Shown here in pieces: positions 49,383 through 61,950 of a stretch of 64,000 nt of DNA. The stretch covers positions 159,278,001-159,342,000 of the forward strand of contig NC_091469.1 in NCBI RefSeq assembly GCF_036971445.1, written 5' to 3'. A model generated the notes under the pieces. That model worked only from the letters and a program-made list of their open reading frames with translations, was not told the DNA's origin and ran no database searches. The translations under genes and the position numbers were made by a program. This DNA is from Narcine bancroftii. Lineage: Eukaryota. Position 1 is the first letter of the stretch, and the number at the start of each line of letters is the position of its first letter.

Positions 49383-49689
49383 CTGAGGGACAGACACCAG
49401 AATATATTAGTCAACATTCCCCGTCTTCACGGTCAATTCCTGCCAAAATTTCCACCTTGTAAAATAATAGTCGTGAGGTTATAGAGCACAGAACAGGTCC
49501 TTCGACCTGACACCTTCAAACTGACCCAGCTGGTGTTCTGGGCCAATCCCATTTGCCTGCATTTGACCCATATCTTTCAGACCTTCTCATCTGTTTGCTG
49601 GACCAAATGTCTTTGGGATGTTGCATTTGAACCCATTTCTACAGGATCCTCTGGCAGCTCATTCCAGATACAAACAACTCTGTTTTTTA

Positions 49690-49829
49690 AATTGAGACAT
49701 ACAACACGCTTACAGGCCCTTTCAGCCCACGAGCCTGCGCTGCCCAATTGACCTACAACCCCCAGTACATTTTGAAGGGTTGGAGGAAACCAGAGCCCCA
49801 GAGGTAACCCGCACAGACATGGAGAGAAC
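49690..49829 (-). mobile_element. V-type SINE split by L1-C (remainder at 55696-55785)
   Basis: The two halves join across the TSD. Confidence 0.8.
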
Positions 49830-52800
49830 GGGAGCGTGGCAAGATGGCGTAGAAGAAAGACATGTATTCCACCTCTCCCCAGCTGGATCATTAAATACCC
49901 AGTTTTTTCATAGCATAAAAGTGGTTAAAAATAAGATTTACAGTTATTTAAATAACAGTGCTTTATGATGGCATCCAATGTGAAAAAAATTAAACCTCAG
50001 CTTCAGAAAAAACTACCATATAAAAGTGCGGAAGAATTGAGGCCTACCTGCATAACTGAATCCACGGAGTCATCACTGGGAGTCTCCAAGCCTCAGAGGA
50101 CTCCAGCCCAATTGAGTCTGTCTCCGGCGCCGATAATGCATCCGCAAGATGGCGCCAGCACATTGGTGAGCTCGGCCGTTGCTGACCTGCATTCACGTGA
50201 AGCTGTGAGTGCAGGCGGCACGGCAAATAAGGGGACCCATGAACCCGTGACCTCGCTGGGCGGCCCAGTGGCGTGCAATGTAGCATCTGAGGGCACTTAC
50301 GCGCGTCCGACGGCTTTGCCTGGCCTGCGTGGGGCATTGCAGGTCCGAGAGCTGCTGGAGAAAGTTGGGGCTGTGGGGGAGCCTGAACACTGGCGTCCTG
50401 AAGAGGTCGGGGTGCTGGCGTTTGGTGTCCAGACCCACAGCTGTTCAGTCAAAGGATCTATGATGACTGAGGAAGAAGAGGAACTTACCTTGTTGGAATT
50501 CGTCCAGGAGGAGGAGCTTGCAGTTAAAGAAAGTAGATCTCAAAAAATGGAAGTAGAATCTGGACTGGATTCAGTGTTCACTGTTTTGGAAGGGATAGCT
50601 TGTTAAATGCATAATATGTCAAAACAAATATCAACTCAAGTGAATCAAGGATTTATGGAGATAAAAATAAAAATGAATACCTTGTGTGATGAAATGTCAA
50701 CTGTGAAACAGGAAATGACTGTTGTTAAAACTGATATTAATAAATGTATAAAATCAGTTGATACTGTGCAAGATAATTTAAAGAAAATTGAAACAGCTTT
50801 CTCTGAGTGTAGAACGTAATAGAGAAAAAATGGGAAAAGTGGAAGGTTCTTTTGTAGATTGGGGAATTCAGAAAAGAGATTTAATGAAGAAGATTGATTC
50901 TTTGGAAAATCAAAGTTGAAGGAATAATGTCCAGAGGATATGGAAGGCGTTGACCCTATAAAAAATTTTAAGCACTGGATCCCAGATGTGCTGAGTAAAG
51001 AGCTTTTCCCTGAAGGTTTGGAATTGGATAGGGCTCACAGAGCTCTGAGAAGAAGACCACTTCCAGGACAAACACTGAGAGCGGACTTGATTCGTTGTTT
51101 AAAGTATCAAGATCGAGGAATGATTTTACTTATGGGCAGTGCAGAACGCAAGGCAGAATCGATCTCCATTAATGGTTCAACACTTTAGAGTGTTTTTTTA
51201 TGCTGATTTGAGTCAAGAGGTTATTAGAAGACAACGAGAAATCAATACAGCTAAAGATGTTTTGTGGCGAAAAGGCTACAAGTTTGCTTTTCATTATCTT
51301 GCAATTTTGAAGGTTTTCTATGGAAATTTTCAATCTCAATTTTTTTGAGAATGATCACGATGCCTTGGGTTTTGCTAATTCTTTGCCGGAATTGCAAATA
51401 AATGGGTGTTCTCCTCCATTATCTCCTAAGAGGAGAGTAAATGGGAATGGACATGGGAATGGAAAGGATAGAAAGAAAGAAGAGTTGACACAAAGTCTTC
51501 TTGATGTTGAAGATCCAGAGCAGTCGTTGGGCTTGGGCTGAATATATGGACTATATTCGATTGTGTCTGATTAGATAATAAATATGTATCTGGTTGGGGG
51601 GGGGGGTGGATGACACTGAAAACTTTGATAATCATCTGCCGCTAGTGGGTTCATCACACCCAGATTTTTAGGGTTTTACTACCTTTGGGTGGTTTGTTTT
51701 GGTTTATTTTTTGTTAATTTTAAATAAAATTTTGAGGGGGTTTTAATTTCATGGAAGAATTATAGAGGGGAGCATTATTTTATAGTATGTAAATATATTA
51801 GTGGTTAAAGAAGATGTCTAAATTGAATTTTGCAACTTTTAATGTTCAGGGGTTAAATAATCCAATTAAGAGAAAGAGAATATTGGCTTATATAAAAGAA
51901 ATGAAAATTGATATTGCATTTGACTGAGAAAGGACATCTGAAATTGAAAAGAGATTGGGTTGGTCATGTTTTCTCTTCTTCATTTAATTCTAAGGCAAGA
52001 GCTGTAGCAATTTTGATTCATAAAAATTTACCCTTTGAATTGGAATCTTCAGAGGATATGCCGACAGAGTATTAAAAGTGAACTGTAAAATTTTTGCTGA
52101 ATCTTTATGCCCCTAATGTAGATGATGAGAAGTTTATTTCAGAAGCTTTTTTATTGTTAACTCAAACTAATGAAAATGTTTTAGTTGGTGGTGATTTTAA
52201 TTGTGTTCTCAACCCTTTACTGGTCAGAAATCCAAAAAATTGTAAAGAAATCAAAGATGGCAACACAAATTAATGCGTTAATGAAAGATTTAAATTTGGT
52301 GGATATTTGGAGAAAAGTTAATCCTACAGAGAAAGATTTCTCTTTTTATTCTTCAAGACATGATTCATTTTCTAGAATTGATTTATTTTTGGTATCAGCA
52401 CATTTACAAGGTAGAGTATTATTAGTTGAATATAAAAGTAGAGTTATATCAGATCATTCATTATTACTTTTTTCCTGTGAAAGTTCGGAGATAGTACGTC
52501 CGTCATTTAGATGGAGGTTATTGAAAAAACCAAAGTTTGTTACTTTTGTTAAAGAGCAGATTTCTTTATTTTTGACTGAAAATGTTAATTCTGTGGATAG
52601 TCATTTTGTAATATAGGATGCTTTAAAAGCTTATTTAAGAGGGCAAATCATTAGTTATTCTATGAAAGTTAAGAAACAATATATGGCAGAAAGTTTAGAT
52701 TTAGAAAATAAGATTGCTGAGTTAGAGAAGGATTTTCAGAAAGGTGTAACAGAAGATAAAAAAGTTGCATTAGCGAGGTTAAAATTATGTTATAATACTT

Positions 52801-55695
52801 TACAAACTTATCAGTTTGACCACTTAATTAATTGATCTAAACAATGTTATTATGAGTTGGGGGAAAGAGCTCACAAGGTAATTTATATTGCCTGGCAATT
52901 GAAAGCTGAACAGACATTTCGGACTATTAATGCTGTTAAAAAGAATTCAATAATAACTTATAAGCCTCAGGAAATTAATGACCAGTTTTATTTATTTTAT
53001 CAAAAATTATATACTTCTGAGGGGAAACAGGATAATGGTTCTATTGATTCTTACATATCTAAATTAAAGTTACCGGTATTAGATGGGAATGATATTCAGG
53101 AACTGGAATCTCCATTTACGGATTTTAAAATTAAGGAAGCTATTCAGGAAATGCCTAATGGAAAGTCCCCAGGGGACTTTCCTGTGGAATTTTATAAACT
53201 TTTTTATGATGATTTTTCTAACAAATTTGGAGAAGTGTTGAATCAAGTTACTGAAGATCAGAACTTACTAGAATCATGTTCAAGTGCTTTAATAACTGTC
53301 ATTCCAAAAAAGATAGAGTTCCATTAAAAGTGTCTTCATATAGACCTACCTCTTTATTAAATGTAGATTATAAAATTATAGTGAAAGTATTAACTAATAG
53401 ACTTGCTAAATATTTGCCTAAATTGGTACACATTGATCAAACAGGTTTTATTAAGAATAGAAAAGCATCAGATAATATATTTTGATTAATTACTTTGGTC
53501 AACGCATATCGAAAGCAACCTAACTGTCCTATGGTGGTTGCATTAGATGCAGAAAAAGCTTTTGATAGGGTTGAGTGGGATTTTTTATTTAAAGTGTTAG
53601 AGAAATTTAAATTCGGTCCTTTTTTATTGGTTGGGTTAAGGCTTTATATACGAACCCAATTGCTAGGGTGGCAACAAATGGACAAATTTCTTCACCATTT
53701 AAATTGACTCGTTCAACTCGACAGGGCTGCCCATTGTCACCAGCCCTATTTGCATTGGTTATTGAACTGTTAGCTCAGGTTATTAGACAAAATTAAGAAA
53801 TTAGAGGGATGAGGGTTAAGAATGAAGAATATAAAATTAATTTATTTGCGGATAATGTGTTGGTATATTTGATGGAACCGGAATGGTCATTGAAAGAATT
53901 GCAAGAGTGTTTGTTGAAATTTGGAGAATGATTGGGATATAAAGTTAATTGGGATAAAATTGAAATTTTACCAGTTGGAGTGGGAGATTATTCTGAATTT
54001 AAAACATTTACAAAATTAAGGTGGACAAGTAAAATTAAATATTTAGGTGTGTTTATGTATAAAAATTATCAATCATTATATCAATGAAATTATATACCTA
54101 TATTAAGATGGATTAAAGCAGATTTAACTAAGTGGAAAGATCATCTATTAACTTTGATTGGTGGGGTTAATTGTATTAAAATGAATATTTTTTCTTGAAT
54201 TCAATATTTATTTCAGTCACTACCTTGTTTACTTTCTAAGGGCTTTTTTAAAGATTTGAATAAAGCAGTGTGAGAGTTTTTATGGAAAGGTAAACTAGCT
54301 CAAATGGCGTGGCATAGACTTACATGGAAGTATATATTGGGCGGTCTACAATTACCACATTTTCAAAATTATTATGAAGCGGCCCAGTTGAAGTTTATTA
54401 GTAGATTGATGGATTTAGATCAGCCTCCTAGCTGGGCCAAAGTGGAGATGGCGTGTATTCCTAGGGTTGAAATATATGAATTTATATTTCGTTGGAATCT
54501 GATTTTGTTACAGCAATATGATATGCTGATATTGAAGCATTTGTTAAAGATTTAGTTAAAAAAATAGGGTGTTAAGGTCGAAAGATAAATTATCCATTTT
54601 AACTCCATTGTGTAACAATCAGCTTATTCCTTTTTCAATGTTTAATAATCATTTAAAGATTTGGGACTCAAAAGGTATAAAGATAATACAAGATTGTTTT
54701 GTAGAGGGGCAATTTCTTTCTTTTAATCAATCGAGAGAAAGATTAGATATACCTGTAAATTTCTTGTTTGTGTATTATCAACTTAGAGCTTTGATAAAAG
54801 ATAATTATGGTAGAGAAATGATTTTACCTACTTTGTTGAGATTTGAATCTTTGATTTCCTTTATACATAAAAAGGGTTATATTTCAGTTATGTATAATTT
54901 GTTACAAGAGAGTATGGATAAAGCAGATTGGGAGAAATCGAAACTTAAATGGGAGAGTGATTTATTATTTATTTTTCCCGAAGATGATTGGGCGAATATG
55001 TGTCAGGACAATGTAATTAAATTGACTAATGTGCGACATGGAATGGTTAATTATAAATTTTTATATAAATTATATTTTACCCTGGAAAAGTTAAAAAAAT
55101 ATGGGTTTAGTAATTCAGATTCTTGTTTTAGATATGGTTCATGTATTGGTACTTTTTTTACATGCTGTATGGAATTGTGTTAAAGTTCAATAATTTTGGC
55201 AAGGAATTAAAGTAGTTTTGGAGAAATTATATAATTTTATATTACTGTTAGATCCAACGATTTTCTTGTTGGAAAATTTGTATTCGTTAAGGGGAATGGG
55301 ATTGGATAAAATTCAAATTGCCTTTGTACATTTGGTGTTATCAGTAGCTCGTAAATGTGTTGCTAGTACCTGGAAAGATGATACTGAGATTAATATAGCA
55401 CGTTGGCATAATGAATTGAAAGTATGTGTGGTTATGGATAAAATTATGTATAATTTACATGTTAATTATTCTTTCTTTGTTATTAAGTGGTCTCCGTATT
55501 TGAAATATACTTTGAAATGTTTTAACATTTACAATAATCTTTTAATATATATAATCTATATTTTTTTTGCTCCCCTTAAGGGAGTTGGCTGTAGGGGTGG
55601 GAGGGTGGAATGGATGTTAATGAAAAAATTTCTTTGATTATTTCTACTGTATGCTATGTTTTTGTTATCTTTTAAATAAAATTTGCAAAAAACTA
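49830..55695 (+). mobile_element. Full-length degenerate L1 (L1-C, a distinct family) with 15-bp TSD
   Basis: TSD AGACATGGAGAGAAC at 49815-49829 and 55696-55710; broken ORF1 (ELDRAHRAL, FYADLS) from 49965; broken ORF2 from ~51814 ([26 protein letters not shown]); AATAAA and A-tail. Confidence 0.93.
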
Positions 55696-55789
55696 AGACA
55701 TGGAGAGAACATGCAAACTCCTGACAGACAGGGAGGGTTTTAAACCCCAGTCCCAATTGCTGATGTTGTAACCACAACGCCAACCTTGG

Positions 55790-56915
55790 AGCCCATCTCT
55801 GTGTGAAAAGATGGCCATCAGGTCCCTCTTGTGTCTTTCCCTTCTTACCTCCAACTAAGGCCCTCTGGGTTCAGGATCGTCTACACTGGGGACAATTCTG
55901 TGAGCATTCACTTCATCCAGGTCCCTCATCATCCTCTGCTCCAGGGAATAAACACCCTGACTATCCAAAGTCCCGTTTTACTCAACCTTTCCAGTCCTGG
56001 CAACATCCTGGTCAATCTCCTCTTCTTCCTTTCCGATGTATTGAACAAACATAGAACATTCCATCACTGTACAAGCCCTTCAGCACACGATGTTGTGCCG
56101 ACCATATAAACCTACTCAACAATCTAAGCTTTCCCTCCCTCACACACACAACCCTCAATTTTTCTTGCATCCCTGAGTCTAAGAGTCTTTTAAATGTCCC
56201 TATTATACCCACCTCCACCACCACCCCTGGCAAGGTGTTCCAGGCACCCACTGTAATGCGACTGATTACACTCAGAGATTTGAGAGGAGCACAGACACAC
56301 TTTTAATAGCTTACAATCAATGGCCGGTAGATACAATAGTCCCTGGGTGAATCTGAGGTAAGGTGGGAAATCCAGGGCTTATATTGGGGGGGGGTGGAGT
56401 GAGGGTAGAGCCAAGGGAGGAGCCAGGCATCTGAACTCCACACAGTCAGTGAATTCCAGTTCACTGCACCCACCAGTCTCTGTATAAAAACAGACTTACC
56501 CCTGACGTTTCCCCTAAACTTCCCTCCCCTCACCTTGTACACATGTCCTCTGGTGTTTGCTGATCATGCCCTGGAGAACAGGTGCTGGCTGTTCACCTAA
56601 TCTTGTCTAATCTATGTCTCTCCTAATCTTGTCAACCTTGGTCAAGTCTCCTCTCATCCTTCTTTGCATCAAAGAGAAAAGTCCCAGCTCTGCTAAACTT
56701 GCCTCATAAGACTTGTTTTTCCACTCCAGGCTACATCCTGGTCAATCTCCTCTCCATAGCTTCCACATCCTTCCTGTAATGCAGTGACCAGAACTGAACA
56801 CAATATTCGATGTGTGGTCTAACCGGATATTTATCGAGCTGTGACATTACCTCATGACTCCTGAGCTCAATCCCCAACTAATAAAGGCCAATGTACCACA
56901 GGCCTTCTGAACTAC
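55790..56915 (-). mobile_element. CR1 3' fragments
   Basis: GAWNTLPGVVVE, RGGKFRGNVRG and CR1 tail sequence. Confidence 0.75.
56252..56468 (-). mobile_element. Short solo LTR (217 bp) with 5-bp TSD CCCAC; truncated relatives at ~15421-15570 and ~22388-22540
   Basis: TG...CA termini; TSD at 56247-56251 and 56469-56473; strand inferred from TATA-like and polyA-like motifs. Confidence 0.8.
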
Positions 56916-57199
56916 CCCATCACCTGCGGCTGGTTTCTGAAGGACCAGATCCTGTCCAACTGCCGATGATACTCCTCGCTCAAGGAATGTGCATGAAGGG
57001 AACCCTGATGTGACCTGAGAGGGAAAATGGATCCTCATCTCAGAAAAAACTCAGCAGGTCACTGAGCATCGACAGGAAGTAAAAGGAAGCCATTGTTTTG
57101 GGCCTGAGCCACTTGGATATAATAGTGGGGGGAGGAGAGGAGGGAGGAAGGAGCATGGGGAGGGGCACAGTCCCACAGGCAAGAGGTTAAAGGTGGGTG

Positions 57200-57450
57200 G
57201 GCAGCATGTGTTGGCGTAACGGTTAGCACAACGCTGTTACAATGCCAGTGATCTGGATCAGGGTTCGAATCCTACGTTGTTTGTAAGGAGTTTGCATGTT
57301 CTCCCCACATCATCATTGGATTTCCCCGGGGTCTCTAGTTTCCTCCCACCATTCAAAACTGTACTGGGAGTGTAGGTTAATTGGGTTTAAATTGGGCGGC
57401 ATGGAGACGTGGGCCGAAAGGGCCAGTTACCACACTGTACGTCTAAATTT
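57200..57450 (+). mobile_element. tRNA-derived V-type SINE
   Basis: TGGCGTAACGG A box, GGTTCGAATCC B box, V core, CR1-like tail. Confidence 0.8.
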
Positions 57451-57474
57451 AATTAAAAATTAAATTAAGGGAAA

Positions 57475-57965
57475 AATGCTGAGAAGTGATAAGAGGAGGG
57501 GATTCCTCTCTGAATGTAGAAGGAAGGGGGGTTCCCTCTCTAAATGGAGAGGGCAGTGGGGTGGGGAGCTAAGGAAAGGAGACAGAGGGACGGGGAAAGA
57601 GAAAGAGAGACAGGGGTGGGTGGGTGTTAACGGAAATTGGAGAAGTCGGCATTAACGCCGTCTGATTGGAGGGGGCTCTAATGGAATATGTGGGGTTGTT
57701 CCTCCAATTTGCGGGTAGCCTCGGTCTGGCAGTGCACGAGGCCAGGGACAGACATGTCAGTGCGGGAGTGGGGAGGGGAATTGAAATGATTTGTCACTGG
57801 GAGCTCCTTGCTGTGGTAGTGAAGGTGCTCAACGGTCTTCATCCAGTCTCCCTGATGTAGAGGAGACCACAGCGGGAGCACCAGATGCAGTAGATGACCC
57901 CTGCAGATTCGCAAGTGAAGTGTTGCTTCATTGGGAAGGACTGTTTGTGGCCCCGAATGTTGGGG
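57475..57965 (-). mobile_element. Penelope-like fragment
   Basis: PVTNHFNSPPHSRTDMSVPGLVHCQTEATRKLEEQ. Confidence 0.85.
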
Positions 57966-58115
57966 GTCTCAACTCAGCCATGTGCAGACTTAGGTTGTGA
58001 ATGACCACGAAGAATTATCCTGCTTTATTCCACTTGTAAGTTATGAAAACAATATGATTAGTTGGGGGAGGAGTGAAGATTGTGACTCACTGCAGCAGGT
58101 GGGCTCTTTGCTCAC

Positions 58116-58508
58116 CTCTCACTTTCAGGTTCGTTGTAACCAAAGTAATAAAATTAATGATGTTGAGCTCCATGCGGCACCAATACTGAGCTTCGTCCTC
58201 CCGGCTCAGACGATCCACCATGACCGAGGCGTCTCTCTGGCTCAGGTTCCCCACGAACGTGAAACGACCCCCTCCGACCTCCTGTGTTGCCCGATCACAT
58301 CGGGAGGATCCAAGGCTGGGATATGTACAGTTAAACACAACTTGACGAGTTGATTTAACTCCTGGTTTAATCTTGTACCACATGATGGTACCAGTGAGGG
58401 TCTCCTCCGTGGGTGGGTGGGTGAAACGACACGGCAACATGGCAGAGGCCCCTTCCACGGCTGACACCACATCAGCACCAGACATTGTCCAACCGTAGTA
58501 GGAATAAT
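58116..58508 (-). CDS. First V-set Ig exon, Siglec-15-like, 393 bp, phase 1-1
   Basis: ctctccctgcAG acceptor and G|GTGAGC donor; WTM, LPCRFTHP, W, VFNC...C, GRFTFVGN, DAS and YWCRME parallel Siglec-15 WSM, LPCTFTHP, VFRC...C, GRFRLLGN, DLS and YFCRVE (recalled, not aligned). Confidence 0.92.
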
Positions 58509-59235
58509 CTGCAGGGAGAGAGGGGAGGGGGGATCAGTATTGGAAGAGGAGAAAACACTGGGAATTTCAGGATGCGAATCTGCTCATTACACATCATCAG
58601 TTGCTACTGGGTCTGGTTGAGACATAAACACAGTTGAAAAGGGTGTTACAGGCTCCAATGAGCATCATTCCAGTTGATCAATCTACCTTATAGACACATG
58701 ATACTGTGTGATAGGTAAACGTTGACCCCCCCCCCACCCCACCTGATTTGGCCTCGACCACCTGCCCATCCGGGCTCCCGACCTCCTACCATCCAAGCCC
58801 CTGACACCATGACCGAGGATGATTGCCCAGGCGTCCCAACCACCGAAGCTCCTGATGCCATTACCGTGGACCCTCACCCAGCTGTCTGCCCACCTGAGCT
58901 TTTGATGCCCCAGCTGCTGACATTCTCCCCGAGTGCCCACACTTTCAAAGGCCTGACACCCCAACTGCAGACCCTCGCCCAGGCCGCCTGCCCACCCAAG
59001 CTCCTGACACCCCGAACACAGGCTAACTACCCTGTCCCGGCCATCTGAGCTCCCACAACTAGGTCTCTGCTGCCAGGGACTTGATAACTTGAGCTAAACA
59101 GTGCCCCCCAAACTGGTTTTCCCATTAAAGACTTTCGGTCCCCCACCCCTGCTGTGGAATGTCCCAAGGTCTGAACTGTATCATTAAAAGAAATGAGACA
59201 ACATGAGGCAAGGGAGGTCACTAGGAAACACCTAC

Positions 59236-59286
59236 TGTACCCCTGGATGGGGACTGACTGCAGGAGGCCTTGAACGACATTGTTGC
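59236..59286 (-). CDS. Candidate 51-bp phase 1-1 exon paralogous to the leader exon (SNNVVQGLLQSVPIQGY)
   Basis: Ends CAGGGGTACA|GTAGGT like the leader exon; acceptor tgtggtAG is only moderate. Confidence 0.4.
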
Positions 59287-59866
59287 CTACCACAGTCAAG
59301 GATGTATGACCCACGTAAAGGTCAACAAACCCAAATTTGATTTGAAAATTTGTACCAAAAATGTGGACCGTTACACAAGTATATACAGTAATTTTATTTT
59401 ATTCTTGCACGACCTGCTGAGCTATGTCAATGGATACCATGTAAATAAAAGCTTTTCACTGAATCTGGGAACATTGGAGATATTAATTTAATGCGCTGTA
59501 GCCAAGAGCCTTCCCCATAACCAGGGAGGACCAAGGCAGGAAGCCTGAAGACGAACACCCAGTGGTACAGAAATAGCTTCTTCCCCTCCACCATCAGATT
59601 TCTGAACGGACAAAGATCCACAGACACGGCCTCACTTTCTCCTCTTGTCCACTAATTTATTTATTGTTTAAATTTAATTTGTAGCAATATGTGCAACTAA
59701 TGCTGCCCCAATACAACAAATTTCTTCACATTCATGACATTATAGCATGACCAAAACAGGGCCACCCTCCTCACCCCAGTTTTCCAGTCAAGGCCTTTTC
59801 CCCACCATGGAATTACCCAAAGTCCAAACTGCAACATTAATAGAGACGATACAGAAAAAGACCTAC

Positions 59867-59927
59867 TGTAACCCTGGACAGAGATCGTCAGCAGGACCCC
59901 GCAGAGACAGACCCAATGAGAACTCAT
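59867..59927 (-). CDS. Signal-peptide exon (MSSHWVCLCGVLLTISVQGY), phase 1
   Basis: ATG at 59927, hydrophobic core, small residues near the cleavage site, A|GTAGGT donor in phase with the V exon. Confidence 0.75.
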
Positions 59928-60009
59928 CACCAACGTTTCAGTGTCGACTTCTCTCAGCAAAATACTTCTTATTTTCCCACTGTCAAAAATAGATGTGGCT
60001 GCAAATGTT

Positions 60010-60022
60010 ACTTCACTTCCTG
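60010..60022 (-). promoter_or_regulatory. ETS (PU.1)/IRF composite-like motif CAGGAAGTGAAGT
   Basis: About 85 bp upstream of the leader ATG; no TATA box seen. Confidence 0.55.
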
Positions 60023-60089
60023 CAACCGTGTCAGCAGAAAGTAATTTCACTCTGAGAAGGGTCAGGCAGTAACCATTGGAGTTAGGATT

Positions 60090-61175
60090 TATTCCCCAGA
60101 GGCTGGTGGAGAAACTCTCCTCGCTGGGACCCAACATCCCTCCATGTAACTGGATCCTGCACTTCCTAATGGAAAGACCATGATCTGTCCGGGTCAGTAA
60201 CAGAATATCCAGCACTGTCACACTGAGCACTGGCGCACCTCAGGGCTACGGGCTCAACCCACTCCTGTTCACGCTACTGGCTCATGACTGCATCACCAGA
60301 TCCAGCTCCAACAGTGTCAAAAAGTTTGGAGATGACTCGACAGTCGTCGGCCTCATCAGCAACAACGACGAGTCGCACTTCAGAGAAGAGGCGGAAAATC
60401 TCGTGACGCGGTGCGAGAGGAACAACCTGAGTCTCAACATGAACAAGATGAAGGAGATGATTGTTTACTTCAGGAGGACCAGGAACAACCACCCTCCACT
60501 ACACATCAATAACTCTGTAGTGGAGAGAGTGGAGACACCAAGTTCCTTGGAGTTCACTTAACTAGTGACCTATCATGGACACTCAACATCTTCTCGTGTA
60601 TTCAGGAAGGAAGACTGAAGTGGGCAAGGCTACTGGCCACCATCTATAGGAGCTCTATCGAGGGCATCCTGGCCAGATTTATCACAATATGGGGTACGGA
60701 TGTTGCAGAGAAATGGATTGGAGGTTAATCCACAGGATCGTAAGAGGATCACTGGAGTCTCCTTACCCCCGCCACCAGCAGCACCCATTGATGTGATCTA
60801 CCAAAATTGTTGTATAAAGAGGGTGCACAAAATCACTGAGGACCCCTTCCACCCTGCACACAACATCTTCCAGCTACTCCCATCAGGGAAAAGATACAGG
60901 AGGATCAGAGCCAGTGCCACCAGGCTGAGGAGCAGCTTCTTCCAACGGGCAGAGAGAATGCTGAATGACCAAAGGAACTGGTCACATTAACCATCCAAGT
61001 CTCTCATTTATACACAACAATATTTATCAAGGAAATACTTGTCATGCATATGTATCGTTTGTCTGTAGGTGTGTTGCGTCTGGTTGTGTGTCTGTGTGCC
61101 TTGCATCGAGGACCGGAGAACACTGTTTAGTTGGGTTCTACTTGTACAATCAGACAACAATAAACTTGACTTGAC
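60090..61175 (+). mobile_element. Rex1/Babar-type LINE 3' fragment (other pieces at ~59500-59750 + and ~61280-61560 -)
   Basis: [18 protein letters not shown] and FQLLPSGKRYR motifs; ACAATAAACTTGACTTGA tail. Confidence 0.85.
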
Positions 61176-61699
61176 GAGACTTATCTTTGCCATATAAAGG
61201 AAACTCATTGACCAGCTGAGTTTCTCCAGCATCGGGTTTTTACTTCAACTGCGGTGTCTGCACTTTTGTGTTTTCCCTCTGATTGAGTTTGTGGTTGAGG
61301 AGTCTGATGGTGGAGGGGGAGCAGCTGTTCCTGAACCTGGTGGAGCGGGACTTGTGGCACCGAGACCTCTCTCCTGATGGCAGCAGAGAGAACAGAGCAT
61401 GTGCTGGGTGGTGTGGACCCTCGATGACTGCTGCTCCTCTCTGACGGAAGCGTTCCCTGTAGATTTTGAAGTGGGTGGGGAGTGTTTGGCCTGTGACGTG
61501 CTGGGTCCAAGATCTTTTACGGGGCTTTCCACTCAGAGTTCTTGGTGTCCCAATACCAGACCATGATCCGACTTCCAAAAAAGCATCACGGTGCACTTTA
61601 GCGGATCCACCTGTCAAATCTCCACCCGACTTTCCAATTGTTTTACCTCCTGATGTCTCCTTCAACAGCCTTTCATGGAAAAGTTGTTGAACCAGAGAC

Positions 61700-61950
61700 A
61701 ATGGTTGGGGTAGCGGTTAGCGTAATGCTGTTACAGCACCAGTTATTGTGATCGGGGTTCAAATCCCACGCAGTCTGTAAGGGCTTTGTACTTTCTCCCC
61801 ATGTCTGCTTGGGTTTTCCCCGGGGTCTCTGGTTTTCTCCCACCATTCAAAATGTACCAGGGGTGTAGGTTAATTTGGTGTAAATTAGGTGGCACGGACT
61901 TGTGGGCTGAAATGGCCTGTTACTGTGCTCTATGTCTATTAAAAATAAAA
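61700..61950 (+). mobile_element. tRNA-derived V-type SINE
   Basis: B box GGTTCAAATCC and V core. Confidence 0.78.

Noticed and set aside
56923-57013. AG/GT-bounded 91-bp segment between the V exons
   Set aside because: It has a stop in the required phase and a length that would shift the frame
57200-57290. tRNA gene
   Set aside because: The A/B boxes belong to a SINE head followed by a V core and a LINE-like tail
48987-58508. V exons as rearranging Ig, IgNAR or TCR segments
   Set aside because: Each exon encodes a whole domain including the G strand and ends in a splice donor; no RSS heptamer/nonamer or FGXG motif was seen
58116-58508. Assigning the symbol SIGLEC15
   Set aside because: No C2 domain or TM lysine was found, so orthology is unproven
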